From a virus (lineage: Duplodnaviria; Caudoviricetes): DNA of 59,236 nucleotides. Each line of letters starts with the position of its first letter. The stretch's first letter is position 1. Made by a program: the position numbers and the translations under genes. Location of the stretch: positions 1-59,236 of IMG/VR virus record IMGVR_UViG_3300025102_006169, one strand, 5' to 3'. Shown in pieces: positions 29,001-37,976 of this stretch. Below the pieces are notes generated by a model, which saw nothing but the letters and a program-made list of their open reading frames with translations, was not told where the DNA came from and did no database searches.

Positions 29001-32000
29001 TTCTACAAAGGTTTCACCACTCGTTCCAGCGGCTCTTTTATTCTTACTACTCCATTTCTTAGGCTTTTTACCAATTGATTGGCCTGCGATAGAAATGTCT
29101 TTACCTTGTAAAACTCTTAGGGCTCTATCTTCCGGGGTGTAGTTTTTGAACTTTAGATCATTTTTATCAAGATCATCACCAAATAATTTAAAGTCAACAC
29201 CTCTTCGGAGATCACTAGCAGCCTGTGCAAACTTAGCAGCCCATGTTGTTTTGTTCTCTAAATCAAACTCATCAATAAACGCCTCAACATATTTTTTTCG
29301 TCTTCTAATCCTTCTGTTGTTGGTATTAAATGTTTGTTCAAAATCATCGATTGCGTCGGAAACATTTGCATAACCTTCTGGGGTTATCTTTGTTTTAAAT
29401 TCTGGCTCTAGCTTTAGTAGTTCATGTGCCATGTGGGCTCCGACAGTTGGCGGGAAGCCACCGGTCGATCGACCAAAGAAAGAATTACCCTTACCTTCTC
29501 TGCCACTTAACTTAGTTCCATAAATATCCATTGGGGCTGGTTCAAAAAACCCTCCGTCTGGATCTTTGATTGCATTATCAGACGCAAATTCAAAAAATCC
29601 TAAGTCAGCAGAGTTTGGCGACCCAAAATGTCTAACCATCCAGTTATGTTTTTTCCATGGCCGGCCTTTTGTGTCTGCCAAGATAGCGTTTAATACGCCG
29701 CCATGGCCAGTGAAGAAGTTGATTGGACTCATCAAATCTCTGATGTGCCCTTCTTCAATCGGAATAAACAATAGTGATGCAACCTGTCCAGCAACGTCAG
29801 AAAGCACAGGATCGTTTGTATTATAAATACCATCAGCCGGGCATGTCTGGTCACCAATAATAGGTGGTACATCAGCAAGAGGCCCATTGTTAATAATATT
29901 TGCGATGTCAGCTAGGTCTTGAACAGCTTTATCTTTAATGTCATCCAACTGTTCCCTGCACTCTTCGGGAGTTAAGCCCTTAAAACCAAGAAGATCGCAT
30001 CTTATGTCATTAATCTGATTTGCAGTTTCATCAGAACATGGGAAGACTGGGCGGTCGAGGTCTCCATTTAACACATCATCATAATCATCTGGTAAGAAGA
30101 TTTCGAGACCGGGGAAGAAAGTCGTGAAAGCGTCTGGGTCAGAGAAAATGTCTTTAATACACTCTGAGCCAGAAACTTTGGCCACTTCCACAGCTAAAGT
30201 TAATGTTTCTGCTGTAGCTGTTCCGCTGATTAACTGAACAATCTGCGCTTGGGTCAACATCACAGACAGGTCATCAATAAAATCTCCCATCTCAGAGTTT
30301 GTTAAAGTTTCCAAACAGGATCTTTCATCATCTGCAAATACAGAAAAAATGTCCTTAAGGGCGGAATGCAGTGCATCATCCGATGCATCAGGGCACATGT
30401 TTTGTTTTAGCAGATCTCTAAAGTGATCATTTCCATCGTATAAATCTAATAAACTTGCACCTAATGTTGCAATTGCATCGCATGCTATTTGACCTATTTT
30501 TGATAGTATCAATTTAGCAGCCGCCATCATTGCTGCGATAATCGCCTCTTTAAGAGCTTCTTTAGCTGCTTCATAAATCATAGTGAAGATGTTAAATTCT
30601 GCCTCATTTGGCAGAACGCCTTGAGGTGTCGTTAAATCAAAATCCCACTTACAAGTTTCAGTTTCAAAGCCCACTACTAGTGTGCTCATAAAGTTGTCAA
30701 TTCTTGGATTCATAGCCCATGGGGGATTTGGTTTACAAGGTATGTTCTTAATAAATGATGCAATAATAGGGGCGCCCGGTAATTTATTAAGCTCATTTAA
30801 TAAAACATCAGCACCAACAGATTTAAGTATAGCATTCCTATAAGCGTCAACGAGTACCTTGTTAAAACCAGCAAGTGCTTGACCATAAGTGCCACCTGAA
30901 CCGGGGTTATCACTACCAACACCACCAAAAGAGAAATTGCCCTCTGAATATCCAATTCCAAAAATACCGGGATCGTTCGCCGTTCTAGAACGCACGGGTG
31001 GGTCGTCAGCAGTTGGTTGGGCGTCTCTTATGTCTTGTACTCTCCTATCAACAGCAAGCCTAATACGTTGTAAAGTGTTAGTATCGATACTATCAGTCTC
31101 GGGTAAATCATTGTCTCTCTGGAATTGATTTAACACCTCAACTGATGCGGGGGTAAATTCTCGATCAACATTAATGTCATAACCAAGAAATAAAAGTGAC
31201 TCCTCAACTACCTGAACGTCATCCCCAGTGGTTCCCAACTCTACATTAAATACGTCATCAGTATTAACCCATGGTTCATAGTCGGCCGCTGGGTTCTCCG
31301 TGTCGTCGGTTGGTAGCTGTGTTTCGAAGCGACCCAGCACCTCATCAAGCGCCTCAGTAGACTCTTTGCCGATCTCTTCATAAATTTCATCTAAGCTAGC
31401 ATCCGGGTTTGGTTCGACCCCGAGACTTTCTAAAATCTCGTTGGCTTCTCTCTTTTTTAGTTCTTCCTCTCTATTTTTTAGAGATGTAGGATTTGTGGCA
31501 GGTGGCCCACCTGCTAAGGAAAATCCGGGTCCTGAATAACTCCCTCCAATGTAGTTTGTGTCCCATGGTGCAGGCAGTCCTTTAACGTCCTCTTCCAAAG
31601 TATCAAAAACTTTTTGTTGCTCCTCTGGGGGTAGGCCAGCGAAGACGCGCTCTAAGTGAGCATCGCTCATTGATTTAAAAGCTGCCTCTGTTAGTAGACC
31701 AATAGCAGTTTGTTCACCAATTCCTTGAGCAACACAATCTGCCGCTCTCAGAGATAAGGCTAGCCATCCACACCACTTTAATCGATCGTTGAGTCGTTGG
31801 AAAAATAATTCTTTTAAATCACGGTCTGCTTTTCTTAGGTTTCTTTTATATTGTCTTCGTTTAAGATTTTTGTTGTCCTTTTTATTTTGTAAAAAGTTTG
31901 AGTTTGTAAGCTTTCGTTTTGCAATTTCAGCTTCTATTTCCTCAATCACTATAAACAAATATGGATCTTCTTTTTCTAAGCGTAATCGACGTTCGGCTTT

Positions 32001-33884
32001 TTCTCTCTCTCTTTCTTTCTTACGCTTTGCTTTGCGAGCTTCTTTTGCATCGCTTCTTATCTCTTTTCTTTTTTCTCGGGCTTCAGGGGTTCTTCTTTCT
32101 GCTCGGGCTTCTTTGCGAGCGGTGCGAGCGTCGATGCGGGCTTGGCGCTTCTGTTCTTTAGAAAGTCCGTTAGATTCATCATCTTCTTCTTGGACTTCTT
32201 CACGAGTCTTACATGTACCTTCTTTTATTTTGGCTAAGACTGCATCAGGAAAAGATAGACCTATACCTTCTAACTGGTCTAGAAGTTGACCTACATTGTC
32301 TTCTCCTAATTTATCGCCGAGACACTCTAAAGAAGACGGATCATTTAAAACATTATTACTATTTGCGCCCAGCAAGACTTCAACGCTAGGAAAAGTAAAC
32401 GTTGTTACAAATTCAAGCCAAGGCGTTGGGGACCGAGCCTGCAAAACAAGATCCATCTCTGGCAGAGCGCCGACATAATACAGAGTTGTTGATCTCTGCA
32501 TTGGAGAATACGCTGTTAAGTCTTGGAATAACTTGCTGTATTTACCGCCCTTGCCAACTCTAATGTTTTCACAACCGGGTTTATTAAATTCTATCTGTCG
32601 CAAAGCTATTGAATCAGTTCCAGTTTCTTCAAATTTAAATGTTATTTTTTCTATCTGGTTGAAGCCTTTAAATGATAACCCTTGATCTTTTATAAATGCA
32701 TTTATCTGATCTCTAAAATCTTCAAGATAATCTGCCTCATCTCTTAAATTTAAGCGAGATGAAGTGCGTTCTCTTACCTTAACCAGCTGGCCACCTTCAT
32801 TAGTATACCAATTGTCAAGTTGATTTTGGTAGACCCTCATTGCTCTAACACTTCTGCGGAACATAGGGAAAAAATCTTTGCCAAGTATAGTTGCCTCTAA
32901 ATCAGATTCAAATTTGGTATCTGGTTCGGCGATGGCCCTTGTGGGAACTCTTTCTAGATATTCTACTGGGACCGAGACTAGAATTCTCGTTCTGGCTGTT
33001 TTCTGGATAGGTATTGAGTACTCGAATTTAGCATAGGGAAGAAGTTCGCTTACAACGTCTCGCTCTTCTGTAACAAGATCATAACCACGAATCGGATCAG
33101 GGATAACAACACCACCAAGCACCCCAACACCAGTCGCAGCCAATGTACCTATTCCTGCGCCGAGAGTAGCAGCTAAAATCGTGCCTGCTGGGGTCTTGCC
33201 TAGTAGCGCGGCTGTTGATGCACCAATTGCTCCCCCGGCCGCTGCGGCGCCGAGGGTCAAGGTAGCTGATAGTCCTGTTTTTAAATCATCTTTACTCGGG
33301 GGTTGTTTAACATAATAATAAACGGTTGCCACTTCAGATTTGTTAAAGTATTGAAGCATTAATTTTATAGCTTCTTGTTTTTTTGTCTTCCGATAATTCT
33401 CATTTTTCAAATCTGTTACTGTTGGTCCGTCAAACACTGGAGATTTTTCGGTCAGAACAAGACTTTGATAACACCTTTTGCCGTCAAAGAAAATGTCTCC
33501 ATCTTCCATTAGCCTATAATCAGGAACATAAGCGTACTCGTTTTCTCTACAAAGCGGACATTCTACTACACCACTAAAATCTATAGGATCACATTCCAAG
33601 AATTTGAAATCTGGGATTGAAGTTTTTTCTCGAAGAGCATTTTCCGGAATGCCTGACGTGGGGGGTAGATTATAATCACCGGGGGTAGCTGCTCTATCGG
33701 ATAGACCAACGTCTTGTTTCTCATCGTCCGTAGGATAGTTGTTAGACGCGGCTGTAAGCGCAGCCTCATCACTGCCGGGGGCAGGGGTGCCGGTGGCGGC
33801 GCCAGTGCCGGAGCGCGTGAAATAGGTATCGTCTGCGAACTCTTCTAAAGACTCTCTGCCTTTTCCGTCCTTAATTTTTCCCAT
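26043..33884 (-). CDS. very large virion-associated protein (2613 aa) with Gly/Ala hydrophobic segment, charged coil, degenerate peptidoglycan-binding domain and His-rich motif
   Basis: GLSATLTLGAAAAGGAIG...GVGVLGGVV (~33095-33276); R/K/E-rich coil (~31810-32190); LGTTGDDVQVVEESLLFLGY..FQRDNDL (~31060-31240); HTHEY..HVHYHEI..HRHNI (~26740-26890). Confidence 0.55.
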   Translation of the reverse strand: MGKIKDGKGRESLEEFADDTYFTRSGTGAATGTPAPGSDEAALTAASNNYPTDDEKQDVGLSDRAATPGDYNLPPTSGIPENALREKTSIPDFKFLECDPIDFSGVVECPLCRENEYAYVPDYRLMEDGDIFFDGKRCYQSLVLTEKSPVFDGPTVTDLKNENYRKTKKQEAIKLMLQYFNKSEVATVYYYVKQPPSKDDLKTGLSATLTLGAAAAGGAIGASTAALLGKTPAGTILAATLGAGIGTLAATGVGVLGGVVIPDPIRGYDLVTEERDVVSELLPYAKFEYSIPIQKTARTRILVSVPVEYLERVPTRAIAEPDTKFESDLEATILGKDFFPMFRRSVRAMRVYQNQLDNWYTNEGGQLVKVRERTSSRLNLRDEADYLEDFRDQINAFIKDQGLSFKGFNQIEKITFKFEETGTDSIALRQIEFNKPGCENIRVGKGGKYSKLFQDLTAYSPMQRSTTLYYVGALPEMDLVLQARSPTPWLEFVTTFTFPSVEVLLGANSNNVLNDPSSLECLGDKLGEDNVGQLLDQLEGIGLSFPDAVLAKIKEGTCKTREEVQEEDDESNGLSKEQKRQARIDARTARKEARAERRTPEAREKRKEIRSDAKEARKAKRKKEREREKAERRLRLEKEDPYLFIVIEEIEAEIAKRKLTNSNFLQNKKDNKNLKRRQYKRNLRKADRDLKELFFQRLNDRLKWCGWLALSLRAADCVAQGIGEQTAIGLLTEAAFKSMSDAHLERVFAGLPPEEQQKVFDTLEEDVKGLPAPWDTNYIGGSYSGPGFSLAGGPPATNPTSLKNREEELKKREANEILESLGVEPNPDASLDEIYEEIGKESTEALDEVLGRFETQLPTDDTENPAADYEPWVNTDDVFNVELGTTGDDVQVVEESLLFLGYDINVDREFTPASVEVLNQFQRDNDLPETDSIDTNTLQRIRLAVDRRVQDIRDAQPTADDPPVRSRTANDPGIFGIGYSEGNFSFGGVGSDNPGSGGTYGQALAGFNKVLVDAYRNAILKSVGADVLLNELNKLPGAPIIASFIKNIPCKPNPPWAMNPRIDNFMSTLVVGFETETCKWDFDLTTPQGVLPNEAEFNIFTMIYEAAKEALKEAIIAAMMAAAKLILSKIGQIACDAIATLGASLLDLYDGNDHFRDLLKQNMCPDASDDALHSALKDIFSVFADDERSCLETLTNSEMGDFIDDLSVMLTQAQIVQLISGTATAETLTLAVEVAKVSGSECIKDIFSDPDAFTTFFPGLEIFLPDDYDDVLNGDLDRPVFPCSDETANQINDIRCDLLGFKGLTPEECREQLDDIKDKAVQDLADIANIINNGPLADVPPIIGDQTCPADGIYNTNDPVLSDVAGQVASLLFIPIEEGHIRDLMSPINFFTGHGGVLNAILADTKGRPWKKHNWMVRHFGSPNSADLGFFEFASDNAIKDPDGGFFEPAPMDIYGTKLSGREGKGNSFFGRSTGGFPPTVGAHMAHELLKLEPEFKTKITPEGYANVSDAIDDFEQTFNTNNRRIRRRKKYVEAFIDEFDLENKTTWAAKFAQAASDLRRGVDFKLFGDDLDKNDLKFKNYTPEDRALRVLQGKDISIAGQSIGKKPKKWSSKNKRAAGTSGETFVEFYGEKARLLDLPDTSSADIQLDFKTYKDEAEDATPNFEFSLQYDYNLFDDDGNLLPDNNYRVKVVETHRSPSGGGAQLRRQLKKQGSDVPPKSLLDEGDYSFTSYDLELPSSRTIELQQFIDTLEVSDEIKDSYQIEHIFRYFERIITDATDKNLTEGDKNRLRRYFSDSNFDVISGSFLKRIANIISTGRVDLSPETDSEDEPSDSFLQPDVLEGQNKREQKNHEQIGLEYIAPGFLFGYDPFKEPDIIYLDNETYGGVLGKLFPDKVPPPFYVQEQRYAGWMDIAQALVPEVDGCEPARRHLLDLKPLAQQSAQLGTELLEDYRLEFDPLCAQESPFDRIMSASDAGKIDGAIRAIIRIYVLDVFLRAVPVFTQFGLSDANYDGLLQTFVAERMRQGLLTDGTPATGTQDEEFYHRFLEQCVNTIVRKADAGLIKVDEVSDDWSQEEFVALNNIIQSVDRFYTRNDGKLAALSNAAISGQSIIQRAISPKASSRTVNIGSGSAKFSKTAAKIAKKAAFEKMIRQNEEDALIILKRFIREEFEVIKNDFNQRIPPSIDNINHLFLLNENWIRGGVFGEGPLDVMSDPTDPDTFVSENIVTTPAINKMKEVFKKAGSQFGDVLSNAFEDRLQAWPFVLEKYIKIIEKDSPPTEVRDRPENLYNVVNISDWDSYVKQKKSEGLKGMISDLWGNPALSGETEKIEDHTHEYEIDENGNGRTSEHVSANGHVHYHEIIDGVLQKESLLGDEETHRHNIPIIGWKFGLRINYIPHPDDPNIDAFVGSLAEVSKESVMNEKAFKVKSPNGDRFVIPIASAELDIPDQEYDLFDPDSYDVYCLIEELIEKQEYKFFFEYLFPLSTFNSLMAIYSTMGFFASIGNSGFPSKGGDLWEMPGGNHGKKFRKWVRGPNAFKKSKQAARDVFTVIYEASQAIDFTHENKYGYPDRPTSIRDAIRPRVNFEDGLRWWQRGRRIFNRPFDSLGDECDD

Positions 33885-34963
33885 TAGTTTGTCCTATTGT
33901 GCCTACTGTTAATATACTTGGCACCTGTTATCTCTAAATAGTCTCTTTCTAATTCTGCTAACTTTAGGCCTTGCCACCGTAAATCGGCCATGGCCTTCTC
34001 GATGTAAATTGTAAATGATAAAACATCAATAATGTCATCAATGTTAGGAAACGCGGTTCCGGGTGAAATAGCTGTTTGAACTGGCCTAACAGAAACTTGA
34101 GGCGCACACAGATAAAGCATGCCCTTGCAAATTCCTTGTACAACTGAATTTAGTCTTTGAATTCTTGTGTGCATGCTTTTCAGTGCTTCTTCTAGGTTGT
34201 AACCTTTAGGTATGGGCTGCAAATATTGAATCTGTTGTGGTTCCCCATAAATGTCTGGGACCAAGCCCGTCACCAAATCTCTGTTACCGGCAATAAGATC
34301 AATACCCCAAGTAACATTCAGTTTTCCATTTAATGAATTTCTACCCGGTGGACCTTTACCTGTAACAAGTTTTATGCCTTTTCTTGACATAATTCTTACA
34401 GAGTCTGCTTTTATTCCAATAGCCGAGTCTGCGACAGAATAACCTACACCGCCTTCGCAAATGTCAAAATAATCATCGATGTCTGCGCGTTGTGAAATGT
34501 AGATTCTAGCAGCGTCTCCGGGCTTATCATTGTTCATGCTACCAAAACTTTTATCAGCTAAACCAGCTATGTACCTACCATTCTGATCGAAAGCGCCCTT
34601 TTCGGATGGGTTCCAACCTTGAAGCCCAACCACTAGGTCTATTGCACCTGATCGTGTGTTACCTCTGCCACCATAACCGGATGATGTATAACTTGTGCGA
34701 TCGCGTCCAAGAATAATCCTAGCGTTATTTTCACCTTCAATAACTTTTTCTGATTCTGCTTTATTGTATTTAGGTTGCTTTTCTAAGAGGGTAGAATTAT
34801 CAAAACCCTTAATCGAGTCTGAATTTAATTTGCCATCCATAGGGCTAAGGTATTTTGCCTTGCCGGTGTCGTCGTCAAACGGCCCCTCGATACCTACATC
34901 CACTTGTGGTGGGTCAGTGGGTGCTATTTTTGTTGGATCAAAATTGTCTTCTTGTTCTGCCAT
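33884..34963 (-). CDS. putative baseplate hub/spike component (gp5 C-terminal-like), 359 aa
   Basis: Alternating beta-strand segments (VIEGENNARIILGRDR, AIDLVVG, ARIYISQ, IGIKADSVRIMSR..IKL); sits between a lytic-domain gene and the wedge genes. Confidence 0.4.
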   Translation of the reverse strand: MAEQEDNFDPTKIAPTDPPQVDVGIEGPFDDDTGKAKYLSPMDGKLNSDSIKGFDNSTLLEKQPKYNKAESEKVIEGENNARIILGRDRTSYTSSGYGGRGNTRSGAIDLVVGLQGWNPSEKGAFDQNGRYIAGLADKSFGSMNNDKPGDAARIYISQRADIDDYFDICEGGVGYSVADSAIGIKADSVRIMSRKGIKLVTGKGPPGRNSLNGKLNVTWGIDLIAGNRDLVTGLVPDIYGEPQQIQYLQPIPKGYNLEEALKSMHTRIQRLNSVVQGICKGMLYLCAPQVSVRPVQTAISPGTAFPNIDDIIDVLSFTIYIEKAMADLRWQGLKLAELERDYLEITGAKYINSRHNRTN

Positions 34964-34983
34964 TTTTCTACTTTTAAATTAGT

Positions 34984-36222
34984 TTATGCGTATGAAACTG
35001 GTGCGTAAGAATCTTCGCGTCTTGCACCTAGTTTAACGATTGATTGATATGAACCTATACTAGAGTAATAACCTTCTTCGTCTAGTGTAACAGTTATATT
35101 TGTTTTTACTGAGTCCCCTAGATTGCCGCCGGCTAAATAAGCAATTCCATTCTCTATCTTCCAAACAACGTCACCATGAGTTTCATAACCTGTAGTTCCG
35201 CTTCGGGGCTTAACCAGAATGTCGCCTAAATTTGGTAAAATTTGATCAGTTGAGCCTATCATATCTGTTTTGAGTAAACCATAGCCTCCCTCTCCTCTAC
35301 CAGCAGCCTCAACATATTTCCAATGGGCTCCAGAGCCGGGGAGACTTCCACCAGATTTCTGAATAATGTAAGAAACAAAAGCAGCAGACCAAGGTACATT
35401 ACTAGGCTGTGAATCTAAATCTGTTGCGCCCCAATACAAAGATAATCTACTTAAAGCTTCTGGGGATCTCTCATTTTTACCTTTCCAAAATTGAGCTTCT
35501 GCATTAACAGCAGAGGCCACGGGCAGGTCATCTCCAACAAAAATACCAGATTCGGTAGCGTTTATTGAGGCCTCGCCCACAATGTCCAAAACACTTTGGC
35601 CCTCTGGTAATAATCTTCTGGGCGTTGATGGATTATCTCTTAAAGCGTCGGCGGCTGCAACATCCTCTGCTGATCTTTCATCGCCATTAATTCTGAGAAT
35701 CTTAGTTACTTTACCCAGAGTTAATCTTTGAGCATCAAAAAATTCTACCTCCACCAAAGAACCTTGAGTTACACCTAAGAAGCTGTTAACTGATTCTGGT
35801 GAGTTATCGGCTAACTCATAAATTGGGAACCTTAGTGCAGCTTCTACCTTATCCTCAACATCAATAAAATCATACGGACTTGGAAGATGGGCATGCAGAT
35901 CAGGGATCATACACAAGAATGTTGGCACAACTGGCTCGTCGAATCTTGTTTTAAACATGCTAAAGAAATTACTTTTTTCTCCGTCCAGTCTGCCAACTGC
36001 TAAAACAACTGCGATAAATTTTCTTTGCCCATTATACAATCTAGTTGTCATCAGCGTCTTCATCTGCTGACGGTATACACTAAGTGGATCGTCTATAATT
36101 GTTTCTGGGGTGGCTATAGGGTCGGTGCTTCTAACTCCACCCGGATTAATACTGTATGGGGGCGGCTCAAAAAAACCAACCCCACCGGTACCTGTCCCTA
36201 GATCAAAAGGAAACTTAAACAT
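34984..36222 (-). CDS. tail-associated protein with possible OB-fold and C-terminal DUF2272/CHAP-like cell-wall hydrolase domain
   Basis: GSLVEVEF (gp5 OB-fold-like); PWSAAFVSYI, AHWKYV, GDILV, HGDVV, GGNLGDSV follow the DUF2272 pattern. Confidence 0.6.
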   Translation of the reverse strand: MFKFPFDLGTGTGGVGFFEPPPYSINPGGVRSTDPIATPETIIDDPLSVYRQQMKTLMTTRLYNGQRKFIAVVLAVGRLDGEKSNFFSMFKTRFDEPVVPTFLCMIPDLHAHLPSPYDFIDVEDKVEAALRFPIYELADNSPESVNSFLGVTQGSLVEVEFFDAQRLTLGKVTKILRINGDERSAEDVAAADALRDNPSTPRRLLPEGQSVLDIVGEASINATESGIFVGDDLPVASAVNAEAQFWKGKNERSPEALSRLSLYWGATDLDSQPSNVPWSAAFVSYIIQKSGGSLPGSGAHWKYVEAAGRGEGGYGLLKTDMIGSTDQILPNLGDILVKPRSGTTGYETHGDVVWKIENGIAYLAGGNLGDSVKTNITVTLDEEGYYSSIGSYQSIVKLGARREDSYAPVSYA

Positions 36223-36225
36223 TTA

Positions 36226-36513
36226 TTAAGCCTCCTCCTGTTGCAGCATATCAAAAATGTCCGCTCGGTCCGTATCAGATAAGCCAGTGTCACCAGTTTG
36301 TTGTTTATGAATAAGGCCTGAGATCTTCACCAGCTGCTCGTTAGAGCGTTGCAGGGTCTCCACATACTTAGCCGCCACGGAGCCCACCTGCGTGTGTCTC
36401 TCCTCGTCTTTGGAAAGGTATCGCATCACATCGTCTAAGAGTTCTTTGGTGACCTCGCGGTCGTCTTGTATGTTTTTGATCGCTGTCTCAAGATAGTGAT
36501 CTAAATCTTTCAT
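36226..36513 (-). CDS. hypothetical helical protein (95 aa)
   Basis: ATGA overlap with the sigma-like gene; amphipathic helical composition. Confidence 0.6.
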   Translation of the reverse strand: MKDLDHYLETAIKNIQDDREVTKELLDDVMRYLSKDEERHTQVGSVAAKYVETLQRSNEQLVKISGLIHKQQTGDTGLSDTDRADIFDMLQQEEA

Positions 36514-37214
36514 AACTCGCCCTTATTCCATTTTTTGCGGAAGACCGCGTATTTAACACGCATTTTATTGAGGTTGTTAACAACTTGTTTGGTATTTAAA
36601 CCAGTTATCTCTCTCATGTATAAATAAATAGCTTTCTTATTAAAAATTTCTATGTCTTCAGCACTATCAAATAGAATACGGACGGCATTTAACACCTTTT
36701 CTTCGTTTTCCTTCATTTTTTCGTGTTCCCAAGTATCAATCTCATTCTTTAAAAAATTGAAGAATTCTTCGTGTTCACGACGGTTGGGATAAGGGTTAGC
36801 AGTAGAAAGGTACTTCATTTCCATTTCTTTAGGCAACTGCTCAACAATCTCAAGTTCTGTTCTACGCTTTTTGTTTTGTTTCTTGACTTTATGAATAAAC
36901 CAATTTTTGGTGATCACTGAGAAGTAAGAAAATGCTTTTGCTTTCTCTGGATTGTACTTGGGTAGGATTGTGACGAGCCACACCTTACACTCATTTTGTA
37001 GATCGGCAATGTTTGGCAGAGTGGTAAACTTATAAGTATAAACTATCTTGTCCACCATCTCGCTAAATACAGGGCCGATAAACTCGTTATACAGATAGGA
37101 TCTCTCCCTGATGTCTGTCGATGCCACATATTTGATTATAGCGTTTTCGTGCTCTTTGGTAAAATACTGTTTACCTTTAGCTCTTCTCTTTCTTGGTTTA
37201 GGCATCGGCATCAT
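36510..37214 (-). CDS. phage sigma factor, T4 gp55-like (late transcription)
   Basis: YF..EHENAIIKY, MVDKIVYTYKF, DLQNECKVWLVTILPKYNPEKAKAFSYFSVITKNWFI match the sigma region 2 pattern (F/YxPEK...AFxYF) of gp55-like proteins. Confidence 0.7.
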   Translation of the reverse strand: MMPMPKPRKRRAKGKQYFTKEHENAIIKYVASTDIRERSYLYNEFIGPVFSEMVDKIVYTYKFTTLPNIADLQNECKVWLVTILPKYNPEKAKAFSYFSVITKNWFIHKVKKQNKKRRTELEIVEQLPKEMEMKYLSTANPYPNRREHEEFFNFLKNEIDTWEHEKMKENEEKVLNAVRILFDSAEDIEIFNKKAIYLYMREITGLNTKQVVNNLNKMRVKYAVFRKKWNKGEL

Positions 37215-37527
37215 CAGGCACCTCCTCGGTTAACTGTTCTTCTGCCTCTTGGTCGAACAGGGTGTAGATTTCTGCGAAGTCTTCTAAGGTTTCTATTAAA
37301 CCACCAGAATGTTTGATCAACCTTCCAAGTGTTTCATCGCCGTAAAAGACCTCTAACTCATGCACGCTTTGCAGGTGCTTATCAAAAAGTAAGACTTCTC
37401 CTACCAATGTCTGCATGTTTTCGGATGTATCATAGAGACTAATCATTAGGTTACGACAATACCAAATAAAAAACAAATTCAATAATATTGATGCGATAAA
37501 CAAGACCACAAATAATAAATCAAACAT
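37198..37527 (-). CDS. small membrane-anchored protein (109 aa)
   Basis: N-terminal hydrophobic helix LLFVVLFIASILLNLFFIWY followed by an acidic helical region. Confidence 0.6.
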   Translation of the reverse strand: MFDLLFVVLFIASILLNLFFIWYCRNLMISLYDTSENMQTLVGEVLLFDKHLQSVHELEVFYGDETLGRLIKHSGGLIETLEDFAEIYTLFDQEAEEQLTEEVPDDADA

Positions 37528-37774
37528 CTTCTATCCCCTCTGACATCTTTTGTTTTTCTTGTCTTACTTCTTCCCTAGCATCTTCAATAAATTCTTTGAC
37601 TATTTGACCAGCTTTTTGCTTGTTTTCTATAGTAGAAACACGAAAAGGCAAAGAGGGAATCCTTTTTAAAGAATCCTCTTCACCACATTCACAATCGGTT
37701 AACTTTTCAGAAATTGAGTGAGATACTTCGAAAGAATTGCCACAGACATCGCATCTATAAGTATAACGCGGCAA
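37520..37774 (-). CDS. FmdB-family zinc-ribbon protein
   Basis: Likely TTG start at 37774 after GAGGAGG; (M)PRYTYRCDVCGNSFEV..CECG fits MPxYxYxCxxC. Confidence 0.8.
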   Translation of the reverse strand: MPRYTYRCDVCGNSFEVSHSISEKLTDCECGEEDSLKRIPSLPFRVSTIENKQKAGQIVKEFIEDAREEVRQEKQKMSEGIEDV

Positions 37775-37775
37775 C

Positions 37776-37976
37776 TCAATCCTCCTCAGAATCCTCAAAA
37801 TCTTCTTCTAATTTAACCAACGGAGGATTAATAACCACCAATCCAGTTTCAGAAAGACGAAATTTAAAACCTTTTAAAACTGGAACAATGTCGGATTGCT
37901 CTAGTAAAGATTTTTGTAGGGCCATCATTAAGGCTCCCATTGCTTGATCCGATAAAAGCATTTCTTGATTACTCAT
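37776..37976 (-). CDS. hypothetical protein (66 aa)
   Basis: ATG at 37976 preceded by AAGGAG; fills the gap between ugd and the FmdB gene. Confidence 0.6.
   Translation of the reverse strand: MSNQEMLLSDQAMGALMMALQKSLLEQSDIVPVLKGFKFRLSETGLVVINPPLVKLEEDFEDSEED

Noticed and set aside
31810-32190. Apparent DNA repeats (e.g. cgggctt, tttgcgagc)
   Set aside because: Explained by low-complexity R/K/E/A coding in the 2613 aa protein, not an independent repeat element.
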